Below, piece after piece: positions 18,554-27,088 of a stretch of DNA of 44,649 bases. A program made the translations under genes and the position numbers. The stretch comes from Vectrevirus T147P9, in sequence record OZ035774.1, one strand, 5' to 3'. The notes beneath the pieces are model-generated. The model saw only the letters and a program-made list of their open reading frames with translations, was not told the origin of the DNA and searched no databases. Every line of letters starts with the position of its first letter. The stretch's first letter is position 1.

Positions 18554-19033
18554 ATGAGTTCGAAACAGATCAAATGTACGAGGATTTTTACTAACTACAT
18601 CCTCTACTCTGATGGTCGAGTTCTTAACGAGAAAACCGGACAATATCTAAGAGGTTACTTAGATAAAGATGGGTATCATATTATGAATATTAAAGGGAAA
18701 CACCTTAAAGTTCATCGATTAGTTGCTATCCATTTCATACCTAACCCTAATAATTTACCTGAAGTTAACCATAAAGATCATGACCGTCTAAACAATAATG
18801 ATTGGAATCTAGAGTGGTGTACTCATCAAGATAACAATAAGCATAGCTTACATTTAGTAATAGCTTCTTGTGCTAAACGCTATGACTTTATATCACCACA
18901 AGGTGTCCATGTAGAAGTCTATAACTTACGTGAGTTTTGTAGGAATAACAACCTACAGCAATCTCATATGGTTAAGGTGGCTAAAGGTAAAGTAAGACAT
19001 CATAAAGGTTGGACTAATTATGCTAGATGTTGA
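18554..19033 (+). CDS. HNH homing endonuclease
   Basis: VHRLVAIHFIPNPNNLPEVNHKDHDRLNNNDWNLEWCTHQDNN is an HNH motif paralogous to the ORF at 331..774; immediately upstream of and overlapping the DNA polymerase start. Confidence 0.75.
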   Translation: MSSKQIKCTRIFTNYILYSDGRVLNEKTGQYLRGYLDKDGYHIMNIKGKHLKVHRLVAIHFIPNPNNLPEVNHKDHDRLNNNDWNLEWCTHQDNNKHSLHLVIASCAKRYDFISPQGVHVEVYNLREFCRNNNLQQSHMVKVAKGKVRHHKGWTNYARC

Positions 19034-21530
19034 TTGGAAAGAATTTGGAAAGAATCGCATACTTGTCATGGATGCTGAAAGTAAAGGTTTGCTTGATGCC
19101 ATACGCTATGGTCATCGTGAAGATGTGCACATCATTTGCTGCATGGACTTGCTCACCACTGAGGAGTTCCTATTCTTCGACCCGTATGAGATGCGTGACC
19201 CTGAAGCAAGAGAACGCCTAAAAGAATGGGAAGGCCATCAAGATGGAACATTGGTTGACGGTGTTAACTTCCTTAAGCACTGCGAAGCCATCGTCTCACA
19301 GAACTTCCTAGGGTACGACGGCCTTCTATTTGAGAAAGCATTCCCTGATATATGGAAAGGCTTTAATTATACAGAGAAGCGTGGCAAGGGCAGGCTCCGT
19401 GCCGACCTGTGTCCTGTGCGAGTCATGGACACGCTGGTGATGAGCCGCCTGTTAAACCCTGATAGACGCCTCCCTCCGCAAGCATACGCCAAAGGCATGG
19501 GTAACGTCGCCCCTCACTCAATTGAGGCGCACGGCATCCGTATAGGCCGTTATAAGCCGGAGAATGAGGACTGGTCTAAGCTAACTGACCACATGGTTCA
19601 CCGTGTACGGGAGGACGTGGCGATTGGTCGTGACTTGTTCCTCTGGCTCTTTAACGGGGAATGGATGGAGCACAAACGCCGTGGCGTGAATAAACGCACT
19701 GGCCTAGGTATTGAGACAGCCTTCCACATGGAGTCCATTGTGGCGCTGGAGATGAGCCGTCAGGCCGAGCGCGGGTTCCGTCTGGACATCGACAAAGCTT
19801 TGGCCCGATGCGAAGAATTGGACGCTAAGATTGACGAGACAGTCGCAGCGTTCCGCCCTCACATGCCTATGCGTATCAAGTCTAAACCTTTTAAACCGGA
19901 AGAAAAGAATGAAGTATGCCAACGCGCAAATGAGTATGGAGCTAGCAACAATATACCTACTGTCCTTGACCCCTCACACTTTCTTCATGCCGAGAGACGA
20001 GGAGATCGCAAGACAGTATGGAGTGTCACTACTAAGTCTGGTGATTGGTCGGCTAGTGTCAAGAAAGACTTTCCTCACCTTAGAGGAAGCCGTAATGACA
20101 CGCCAAGCATCAAGTGGATTGGCGCTTACTCGCCTGTTACTTTCGAAGAGATTCCCTTGGGTAACAGGGATACAGTTAAGCAAGTACTCTATGATTATGG
20201 ATGGAAAGGTGTTGAATTTAACGATACCGAGCAAGCGCATCTCGATGAGCACGGAGTGTTACCCAAACCTTGGAGTGGTAAGATAAATGAAAAGTCCCTT
20301 ACTTTATGGCAAGAAAGAGCCGCACGTGAAGGTAAAACAGTCCCTGATTGGTGCTTGGGTATCGCTGCATGGTACATACTCGTATCCCGTCGTGGTCAGA
20401 TACTCAACCGTGGTGACGTTGAAGCCTTCAACGAGAAGGGAACGTGGCCCTCGCAGGCTGGTGTACGAAAGTGTCGCGGCCTTGTACCTGTAGCATTCAA
20501 CAAGGAGCTAGGAATCAATGCGCAGCAATACTACGAGAGGTACGGATGTTGGCCTACGTCTGACAAAGATGACGGAGAGTGGCGTGTGCCAGGCAATGCT
20601 GTTACTATTGGCACTAATACGTTCCGTATGCGTCATCGTAATATTGTTAATATCCCTTCCCGTGGATTGTATCCTCTGCGTGATTTATTCATAGCTAGCA
20701 AGGGTAAAATGATACTCGGATGTGATGGAGCGGGGCTTGAGCTTCGCATCTTAGCCCATTTCATGGGTGATCCTGAGTATATTGATATTGTCTTGAATGG
20801 CGATATTCACTCGCACAACCAAGCGAAGGCTGGATTGCCCTTACGTGACACTGCGAAAACATTTATCTACGCTTTTCTCTACGGTTCTGGCATACCAAAC
20901 CTTGCTGCGGTATGTGGCATGACTGAAGCACAGATGAAAGAATGTGTCGCTCGCTTTGAAGTAGAGCTACCTCACTTAGCTAAACTTAAGGAGGGAGTGG
21001 AATCTGCTGCTTCACAATTTGGGTACATGCACGCGGTAGATGGGCGCTGGGGTCGTGTACGCGTTAGCAATGGTGAGATTAAGATTCACACTTGTCTAAA
21101 CGTATTACTTCAGATGACTGGCTCCCTCACTATGAAGTACTCAAAAGTGAAAGCACTGGCTACCATGCGTAAAGAGGGCGTAGCCCTTGATGCAAATGGT
21201 AATCCAGCAATGCTTGTTGACTACCATGATGAATGGCAGATGGAAGTACCTGAAGACGAAGTGTTAGAAATTCGCTACTCTATTCCTTCCTCTGAATGGA
21301 AAGAAGAAGAGAAAAGACAGTATCGTGACAGTGATGGACGCATGTGGTCTGCACCTAAGGTTGTGGAAGGTAATCCTAAAGAAGACGAGACGATCACAGT
21401 ACGTCGTCGTTACCATCGTGCAGGTGAGATTTTAGCTGAATCTATTACATGGGCTGGAGAATACCTCAAGCTACGTATTCGAATGGATGGTGAATATATG
21501 CTTGGATATTCATGGGCTGAAACGCACTAA
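19020..21530 (+). CDS. DNA polymerase (family A, T7 gp5-like)
   Basis: 836 aa; motif A DGAGLELRILAHF, motif B RDTAKTFIYAFLYGSG, motif C HDEWQMEV; N-terminal 3'-5' exonuclease-like region. Confidence 0.9.
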   Translation: MLDVDWKEFGKNRILVMDAESKGLLDAIRYGHREDVHIICCMDLLTTEEFLFFDPYEMRDPEARERLKEWEGHQDGTLVDGVNFLKHCEAIVSQNFLGYDGLLFEKAFPDIWKGFNYTEKRGKGRLRADLCPVRVMDTLVMSRLLNPDRRLPPQAYAKGMGNVAPHSIEAHGIRIGRYKPENEDWSKLTDHMVHRVREDVAIGRDLFLWLFNGEWMEHKRRGVNKRTGLGIETAFHMESIVALEMSRQAERGFRLDIDKALARCEELDAKIDETVAAFRPHMPMRIKSKPFKPEEKNEVCQRANEYGASNNIPTVLDPSHFLHAERRGDRKTVWSVTTKSGDWSASVKKDFPHLRGSRNDTPSIKWIGAYSPVTFEEIPLGNRDTVKQVLYDYGWKGVEFNDTEQAHLDEHGVLPKPWSGKINEKSLTLWQERAAREGKTVPDWCLGIAAWYILVSRRGQILNRGDVEAFNEKGTWPSQAGVRKCRGLVPVAFNKELGINAQQYYERYGCWPTSDKDDGEWRVPGNAVTIGTNTFRMRHRNIVNIPSRGLYPLRDLFIASKGKMILGCDGAGLELRILAHFMGDPEYIDIVLNGDIHSHNQAKAGLPLRDTAKTFIYAFLYGSGIPNLAAVCGMTEAQMKECVARFEVELPHLAKLKEGVESAASQFGYMHAVDGRWGRVRVSNGEIKIHTCLNVLLQMTGSLTMKYSKVKALATMRKEGVALDANGNPAMLVDYHDEWQMEVPEDEVLEIRYSIPSSEWKEEEKRQYRDSDGRMWSAPKVVEGNPKEDETITVRRRYHRAGEILAESITWAGEYLKLRIRMDGEYMLGYSWAETH

Positions 21531-21539
21531 GGAGGTTTA

Positions 21540-21905
21540 ATGAGAACGGAACGCAAAGCAGCTAACTACCGGAAAAGGTGCGAAGACATGCCGTTCCATA
21601 TGTACAATATTGCTAAACGTAGTGATGCACGTAAGAAGTGTATACCTTATAACTTAGACTCTACCTATTTAGAAAGCATCTGGACAGGGATATGTCCTGT
21701 GTTCGGTATTCCTCTTAATGTACCATTGAAAGAGGCTAAAGGGCGAGGATCTTGTCATACGGCACACCTTGACAGAATTAACCCTAAGTTGGGTTATGTG
21801 AAAGGTAATGTAGCATGGTTAAGTGGACGAGCTAATCGCATCAAATATGATGCTAGTCTGGAAGAGTTGGAGGCACTTCTTCTTTGGATGAAATCACAGC
21901 ATTGA
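21540..21905 (+). CDS. HNH endonuclease
   Basis: 121 aa with CPVFGIPL...SCHTAHLDRINPKLGYVKGNVAWLSGRANRIK (His-Asn-His pattern); directly after the DNA polymerase gene. Confidence 0.7.
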   Translation: MRTERKAANYRKRCEDMPFHMYNIAKRSDARKKCIPYNLDSTYLESIWTGICPVFGIPLNVPLKEAKGRGSCHTAHLDRINPKLGYVKGNVAWLSGRANRIKYDASLEELEALLLWMKSQH

Positions 21906-21962
21906 GTTATACTCAAGGTCACTTACGAGTGGCCTTTATGAATAACTTAACTGGAGAGTATT

Positions 21963-22223
21963 ATGATTAAATCACAGAAGTATTTCTCAACTAAAGATCG
22001 TAAGGTAGGTTTTGAAATCAAAGTTTGGGAAGACGGACACATTACTATTATTTACGAAGGTAAAGGTTCTAATGGTATGATGCTACGTAGATTCCGTACT
22101 TTCACAAAGAAAGAATGTATGCATATGTCTGAATGCATGTTTCTTTACATCATTGCTGATGATATTAAAGGTATGAAGCTAATTGTATCTCTACCTTTAA
22201 TACCTAAATCTTTGTTAGGTTGA
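21963..22223 (+). CDS. hypothetical protein
   Basis: 86-aa ORF with GGAGAG RBS. Confidence 0.5.
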   Translation: MIKSQKYFSTKDRKVGFEIKVWEDGHITIIYEGKGSNGMMLRRFRTFTKKECMHMSECMFLYIIADDIKGMKLIVSLPLIPKSLLG

Positions 22224-22246
22224 TTTACTGGACACTATAGAAGGAA
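22223..22246 (+). promoter_or_regulatory. phage RNAP promoter (consensus copy)
   Basis: atttactggacactatagaaggaa. Confidence 0.75.
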
Positions 22247-22310
22247 AGCCTAGGTAAATATAGGCTTATAAGGTAGTATAGGTAATTAAGTAAATATAGG
22301 AGAGATAAAT

Positions 22311-22688
22311 ATGTCTATGGTAACTACTCTGGTATTCGTAGCTCAATACTTTCGTGGTTTGGCTAACAAGTTCAAAGCTAAGGCTATCAAAGCTATTGAG
22401 TCTCGCATTGAAGCAGTACATGCAGAGCAGTTTGAAGTTGAAGAACATCGTAGTTCTCAAATGATTGACTGCCACAATCGCTACTATGCATCTCGTGATG
22501 ACCTTAATGCACGCCAAGTCAAAGAGGTTGAAGAGATGCTGGCACGTCACCAGCAAGAGCGCGACAGCCTGAAAGCTGAATTTGAAGAGAACAAGGCATC
22601 CATCGCCCTTGTACATCAAGCCGCATCTGACAGCCTGAAGAAAGAGATTGTTATGCTGGAGATTGAGTTAGACAATCTTACCAAATAA
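22311..22688 (+). CDS. hypothetical protein (predicted coiled coil)
   Basis: 125 aa, AGGAGAG RBS; charged heptad-like C-terminal half. Confidence 0.55.
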   Translation: MSMVTTLVFVAQYFRGLANKFKAKAIKAIESRIEAVHAEQFEVEEHRSSQMIDCHNRYYASRDDLNARQVKEVEEMLARHQQERDSLKAEFEENKASIALVHQAASDSLKKEIVMLEIELDNLTK

Positions 22689-22710
22689 TTACTGGACACT
22701 ATAGAACAAT
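22687..22710 (+). promoter_or_regulatory. phage RNAP promoter
   Basis: aattactggacactatagaacaat overlapping the previous stop. Confidence 0.65.
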
Positions 22711-22765
22711 AGGTCGGCTTAGTTCGGCCTATGATTGTGTAGTGTAACAATAGGAGACTAAATAA

Positions 22766-23572
22766 ATGGCACGTGGTGATTTTGATTTTGGTGCTCAGGT
22801 TACTAAAGCTGAAGGTAAGGTTTTTAAGAACCCTGAAGTTGGTGATCATGAAGCAGTAATCTCTGGCATCATTCATGTGGGTTCCTTCCAAGATATCTTT
22901 AAGAAAGGCAATACCACTGAAGTTAAGAAGCCAGCAAACTTTGTTCTTGTTAAGATTGTCCTGATGGGTGACGATGACAAGAACGAAGATGATTCTCGCA
23001 TGGAACAGTGGATGGCTGTGCCTCTGAAGTCTGGTGACAAGGCAACCTTGACTAAGTTCCTGAATGCAGTTGATCCTAAAGAACTGCTGGGTGGCTTCGA
23101 TGACTTCATCGGTGAATGCCTGACTGCAACTATGGTTGGCTCTGGTGACAAGAATGACGATGGTTCATTCAAGTATGTTAACTGGAAAGGATTCGGTGGT
23201 ATGCCTGACAAGCTTAAGAAACTTGTCATTGCTCAGGTTGAAGAAGAGGGTCTGTCTATGACAGGTCACATCACCTTCGACAAGCTGACCAAAGAAATCC
23301 TTGATGACATTCCTGCTAACTTGGTACGCCAATACTTCCTGAATGAAACGCCTCGTGGTAAGAACCTGTCTGTTGCTGGCTCTCATGTAGAAGCAATCAT
23401 TAAATCTGCTCGTGAAGAAGACCCAGAGTGGAAGAAGGCCAAGAAGAAAGATGATGAGGATGCCACTCCAGCTAATCGTAAATCTCTGGACACTGGTGAG
23501 TCTGTTCCGCAGGAAGTACCTGAAGCAGAAGATACGCCTGCACCGGAGATGGATGAGGACGCAGAATATTAA
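22766..23572 (+). CDS. putative ssDNA-binding protein (gp2.5-like acidic C-terminal tail)
   Basis: 268 aa, strong RBS and promoter, codon usage of an abundant protein; acidic C-terminal tail ending in Tyr (EMDEDAEY) as in T7 gp2.5. Function inferred, not shown. Confidence 0.4.
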   Translation: MARGDFDFGAQVTKAEGKVFKNPEVGDHEAVISGIIHVGSFQDIFKKGNTTEVKKPANFVLVKIVLMGDDDKNEDDSRMEQWMAVPLKSGDKATLTKFLNAVDPKELLGGFDDFIGECLTATMVGSGDKNDDGSFKYVNWKGFGGMPDKLKKLVIAQVEEEGLSMTGHITFDKLTKEILDDIPANLVRQYFLNETPRGKNLSVAGSHVEAIIKSAREEDPEWKKAKKKDDEDATPANRKSLDTGESVPQEVPEAEDTPAPEMDEDAEY

Positions 23573-23581
23573 GGAGAACTG

Positions 23582-23800
23582 ATGAAAGTACAAATCGTAA
23601 CTCTGCATTGCAAGAAAGGAATCACCACGCTTGGCGGCAATACTTTCCACTCCTTCTCCGAGGGGGAGGTTTATTCTGACCTGCACTACATCTGGCGCGA
23701 TGGACAGCACGTGGTGAACTACAGCGACCCAGCTACGGGGAAACGCCACGGCGTATCGCTTCCGGCGCATGACATTGCTCAGGTGAACACAGTTTTATAA
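23582..23800 (+). CDS. hypothetical protein
   Basis: 72-aa ORF with AAGGAGAA RBS. Confidence 0.5.
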   Translation: MKVQIVTLHCKKGITTLGGNTFHSFSEGEVYSDLHYIWRDGQHVVNYSDPATGKRHGVSLPAHDIAQVNTVL

Positions 23801-23801
23801 A

Positions 23802-23817
23802 GTCTCACATGTGAGAC
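23802..23817. repeat. 16-bp perfect palindrome GTCTCACATGTGAGAC (copy 5 of 6)
   Basis: Exact copy, 15 bp upstream of the promoter at 23833. Confidence 0.9.
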
Positions 23818-23832
23818 AAATCGGTGTCCGGT

Positions 23833-23856
23833 ATTTACTGGACACTATAGAAGAGA
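23833..23856 (+). promoter_or_regulatory. phage RNAP promoter (consensus copy)
   Basis: atttactggacactatagaagaga. Confidence 0.75.
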
Positions 23857-23904
23857 AGAATTTTAATCGGCGATAATGCCACAACTAACAAAGGAGAATT
23901 TAAT

Positions 23905-24282
23905 ATGTTCAAGATTGAAACTATCGTAAACCGTGTTGTTAAAGGTGCTGCTCTGGTATCCGTTGAGTCTTTCATTATCGTCGATGAAGCTGATCAACTG
24001 GTAGCTGGTACTAAGGCTTACGATACCCGTGAAGAAGCTCAGGCTAAGATTGACAGCATGGGTAACTTCGCTGCTGGTCTGGAGTTCGCTCGCGCTTGCT
24101 TCCCTGAGCAGGCTGACAAAGCTCAGATTGGTAAGGCTAATATCGTAGCTGAATATCTGGATTGGATTGCTGCTGGTAAGCCGGTGAAAGAAGTTAAGTC
24201 TGCTGAAGAAGCTGAAGCTCAGGAAGCAGAAGAAGTAGCTGCACCGGTAGATGCTCCGGTAAGCGAAGAAGAAGAGTTTTAA
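23905..24282 (+). CDS. hypothetical abundant acidic protein with C-terminal EEEEF tail
   Basis: 125 aa; strong promoter, AAAGGAG RBS and highly biased codon usage; C-terminus SEEEEF resembles the polymerase-binding tails of T7 gp2.5/gp4. Confidence 0.55.
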   Translation: MFKIETIVNRVVKGAALVSVESFIIVDEADQLVAGTKAYDTREEAQAKIDSMGNFAAGLEFARACFPEQADKAQIGKANIVAEYLDWIAAGKPVKEVKSAEEAEAQEAEEVAAPVDAPVSEEEEF

Positions 24283-24287
24283 TTGAT

Positions 24288-24321
24288 GCCCTGTCTGCCT
24301 TAGTGTAGGCAGGGTCTTTTG
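24288..24321 (+). terminator. hairpin plus U-tract terminator
   Basis: ccctgtctg-ccttagtg-taggcaggg followed by tcttttg, directly after the 23905..24282 stop. Confidence 0.55.
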
Positions 24322-24346
24322 CGTAATAGTTATTGGAGAATGAATT

Positions 24347-24652
24347 ATGCCGACTATTAAATCTCGTTTAGTAGCAGACTATGTGTATGGTCGTGACTTA
24401 AAGTTAATGCAAGATTACTTTAAAGTAATCATCCTGCTGGATGGAGAAGTGTTTCACACTAAAACATTCACCCTTCCTGAATTGTTTGATTTAGGTTATT
24501 GGGTTTATACATATCAGGCCATAGCAGACAAGGTGCTACTCAGTGTATTAGAGGAGTGGCCTACATGCGACCAAACTTCGACTTCGGAGCTACAGTATCG
24601 GAAGACAATAATCTCATCTTGTGGCCAACTGAAGGTAATAGAATCGCTTTAA
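24347..24652 (+). CDS. hypothetical protein (3' extent uncertain)
   Basis: 101-aa ORF overlapping the exonuclease start by about 90 nt in another frame. Confidence 0.35.
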   Translation: MPTIKSRLVADYVYGRDLKLMQDYFKVIILLDGEVFHTKTFTLPELFDLGYWVYTYQAIADKVLLSVLEEWPTCDQTSTSELQYRKTIISSCGQLKVIESL

Positions 24653-25593
24653 TAGATGCTGATATGCTACCCTACATCGTAGCTTATACAATCAGTGACA
24701 TGACTTATGTGCGAGCCACAACTCGTGTTAAGTCAGGACAAGTCCCATCAATCAAAGATACACCTGAGTGTAAGCAAGCGTGTGACCGTGTGAACTCCTT
24801 GCTCAACTCTTGGGTGTATGCAGCAGAGTGTGATGCAGCTAAGTTATTCATGACGAAATCAGAAGCTAACTTCCGTGTTCGCCTAGCCTTCACCAAGCCT
24901 TATAAGGGTCAACGTAAGACCGAGAAGCCTCCGTTCTTCTATGAATTGCGAGAGCATCTCTTAGAGGTTCATGGTGCAATCTTGGCAGATGGAGAAGAGG
25001 CTGATGACCTCATGAGCATTGCACAATGGGACAGCCACCGCCGCTTCCAGCAAGATACAGGTAACGAGTTCCCTATCGGTAGTCCAGAGCATAAAACATT
25101 CTCTGATACTTGCATCGTTTCCTTAGATAAGGATTTGATGATTGTTCCCGGTTGGCATCTTCAGCCGGGTCAAGAGAAGAAATGGGTAGAGCCTATGGGT
25201 TGGCTTGAGTTACGCCGTAAGGCTAATGGTCAGGTTAAAGACCTTAAAGGTGCTGGCCTCATGTTTCATTATGCACAGATGATTATCGGTGATGATATTG
25301 ATAACTATGCTGGCATACCTGGACGTGGTGCTAAATACGCCTATGATCTTCTCAAAGATTGTAAGACAGAGAAAGAGTTGTACATGGCAGTGCTTGGTGC
25401 TTACAAGGCTAAGTTCGGACATGGACAAGTTAAGATTAAGAATTACCGAGGTGGTTATCGTATCGGCAAGGCCTTTGACCTGATGCTCGAATGTGGTCGC
25501 CTAGCTCACATGGCAAGATTCAAAGGTGATATATGGCGAGCCGATAAGAACCCAATCTTGTGGGGAGATGATGCGGAATGGTTAGCAAATTAA
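24565..25593 (+). CDS. 5'-3' exonuclease (T7 gp6-like, FEN family)
   Basis: IALIDADMLPYIVAY, VSLDKDLMIVPGW and GDDIDNYAGIPGRGAKYAYDLL correspond to T7 gene 6 exonuclease segments; start at ATG 24565 with GAGGAG RBS (track start 24499). Confidence 0.85.
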   Translation: MRPNFDFGATVSEDNNLILWPTEGNRIALIDADMLPYIVAYTISDMTYVRATTRVKSGQVPSIKDTPECKQACDRVNSLLNSWVYAAECDAAKLFMTKSEANFRVRLAFTKPYKGQRKTEKPPFFYELREHLLEVHGAILADGEEADDLMSIAQWDSHRRFQQDTGNEFPIGSPEHKTFSDTCIVSLDKDLMIVPGWHLQPGQEKKWVEPMGWLELRRKANGQVKDLKGAGLMFHYAQMIIGDDIDNYAGIPGRGAKYAYDLLKDCKTEKELYMAVLGAYKAKFGHGQVKIKNYRGGYRIGKAFDLMLECGRLAHMARFKGDIWRADKNPILWGDDAEWLAN

Positions 25594-25988
25594 AATCATC
25601 GGAGGTAGCAGCTTATAAGAGGGAATTGCTAGAGAAGCAAGGATGGAAGTGCCCACTATGTGGCGGCAGTCTCAAGGCTGTTACTCCTATAAACCGTGTA
25701 CTTGACCATGACCATGAGACAGGATTCTGCCGTGCTGTTGTATGCCGAGGCTGCAATGGTGCAGAAGGAAAGATTAAGGGTGTTATCTCTGGTTACGGTA
25801 AGGCTGGTAACAACCGTTACTTCCAGCTTCAATGGTTAGAGCGGCTATATGAATACTGGAAGTTACATAGTACGCCTCAGACAGATAAGTTATATCACAA
25901 ACACCAAACGGAGGCAGAGAAGCGCGAGGCTAAGAACCGTAAGGCACGCCTTGCTTATGCAAGAAAGAAGGAGGTTAAAGTTGGGTAA
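25578..25988 (+). CDS. endonuclease VII-like Holliday-junction resolvase
   Basis: CPLCGGSL...VLDHDHETGFCRAVVCRGCNGAEGKIKG...WLERLYEYWK parallels remembered T4 gp49 (CLICQREL...HLDHDHEL...LCNLCNAAEGQ...WLENLLTYLK). Confidence 0.8.
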   Translation: MVSKLKSSEVAAYKRELLEKQGWKCPLCGGSLKAVTPINRVLDHDHETGFCRAVVCRGCNGAEGKIKGVISGYGKAGNNRYFQLQWLERLYEYWKLHSTPQTDKLYHKHQTEAEKREAKNRKARLAYARKKEVKVG

Positions 25989-26988
25989 GCTTCGCAGCTT
26001 GTACAAAGACTCCGAGGTACTTGATGCAATCGAGCAAGCTACCGACGAGAAAGGTAATGTTAATTACAATGAGATGGCACGTGTATTATCGTGTCACCCT
26101 GTGGGTAAGAAGATTACCCGCCAGTTGGCTCGATACTGGCATGGTCAATTCAAGAAGACCAAGAAGAATGGTGATTATTACCAGACCCTTCTGCAAGAAG
26201 ATAAGCGTATCAAAGAAGAGCGTAAGCTCAGGACTCCTGACCGCTACGAGGATTTGGCTATTGTACCATTGCCTGACTCGCCTCATCGAAGTGTACTGGT
26301 AATCCCTGATACTCATGCACCTTATGAGCATCCAGATACCTTAGAGTTCCTTGCAGCAGTCGCGGCACGTTACCGTCCAGATACAGTGGTTCACTTAGGA
26401 GATGAGGCAGATAAACACGCCCTCTCCTTCCATGACTCTGACCCGAATCTGGATAGTGCTGGCATGGAGCTAGAGAAGGCTCGTGTCTTCATGCACAAGT
26501 TGCACAAGATGTTCCCTGTGATGCGCCTGTGTCATTCTAATCACGGCTCTATGCACTTCCGTAAGGCAAGCGCCAAGGGTATTCCAGTGCAATATCTTCG
26601 CACCTACCGTGAAGTCTTCTTCCCAAATGGAGGTGGCGACCAGTGGGATTGGCAGCATACACATGTTCTTGAGTTGCCGAATGGCGAACAAGTGGCATTC
26701 AAGCATCAACCTGCTGGCTCTGTCCTAGCAGATGCAGCGCATGAGCGTATGAACCTAGTGTGTGGTCACTTGCACGGTAAGATGTCTGTGGAGTACGCAC
26801 GTAATACACATGAACAGTATTGGGCTGTGCAAGGTGGCTGCTTAATTGATGAGTCATCCCGTGCATTTGCCTATGGTCGTGAGTCTAAATACAAGCCAGC
26901 ATTAGGTTGTGTGGTCATTCTGGAGGGTGTGCCTCACATTGTCCCGATGCAAACCAATAGCGACAACCGTTGGATTGGCAAGATTTAG
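25981..26988 (+). CDS. calcineurin-like metallophosphoesterase
   Basis: Phosphoesterase signature series VIPDTHAP, LGDEAD, HSNHG, GHLHG; start proposed at TTG 25981 with AAGGAGG RBS; track start 25849 overlaps the previous gene; first ATG at 26074. Confidence 0.65.
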   Translation: MGKLRSLYKDSEVLDAIEQATDEKGNVNYNEMARVLSCHPVGKKITRQLARYWHGQFKKTKKNGDYYQTLLQEDKRIKEERKLRTPDRYEDLAIVPLPDSPHRSVLVIPDTHAPYEHPDTLEFLAAVAARYRPDTVVHLGDEADKHALSFHDSDPNLDSAGMELEKARVFMHKLHKMFPVMRLCHSNHGSMHFRKASAKGIPVQYLRTYREVFFPNGGGDQWDWQHTHVLELPNGEQVAFKHQPAGSVLADAAHERMNLVCGHLHGKMSVEYARNTHEQYWAVQGGCLIDESSRAFAYGRESKYKPALGCVVILEGVPHIVPMQTNSDNRWIGKI

Positions 26989-27006
26989 TTGACACTATAG
27001 AACAAA
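26983..27006 (+). promoter_or_regulatory. phage RNAP promoter (SP6-like variant)
   Basis: atttagttgacactatagaacaaa; closest of all copies to SP6 ATTTAGGTGACACTATAGAAG. Confidence 0.55.
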
Positions 27007-27088
27007 GGGCTAGGTAAGACTTTATCGGCTGGCGTATCCAAATGATATTGCACTAGCCCTTGATTGTATAGTGAATGGAGGGTTCAAT

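Noticed and set aside
18487-18594. 35-aa acidic ORF upstream of and overlapping the second HNH gene
   Set aside because: Plausible RBS but overlaps the HNH start by 40 nt and has no recognisable features; cannot be separated from chance.
19831-20286. 151-aa + strand ORF inside the DNA polymerase gene
   Set aside because: Alternative frame within the polymerase coding sequence, no RBS, low-complexity translation; treated as spurious. Same judgement for 15397..15642, 16609..16959, 27075..27257, 27721..27909, 31172..31381, 32712..32906, 34979..35320, 37575..37904, 38622..38822, 40183..40377 and 41308..41493.
21906-21945. Weak hairpin ggtcacttacgagtggcc after the third HNH gene as a terminator
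   Set aside because: Only a 7-bp stem with a G-U pair and a poor U-tract (tttatg); not convincing.
25849-25980. N-terminal extension of the phosphoesterase ORF
   Set aside because: Overlaps the endonuclease VII-like gene in another frame; a strong AAGGAGG RBS precedes TTG 25981.
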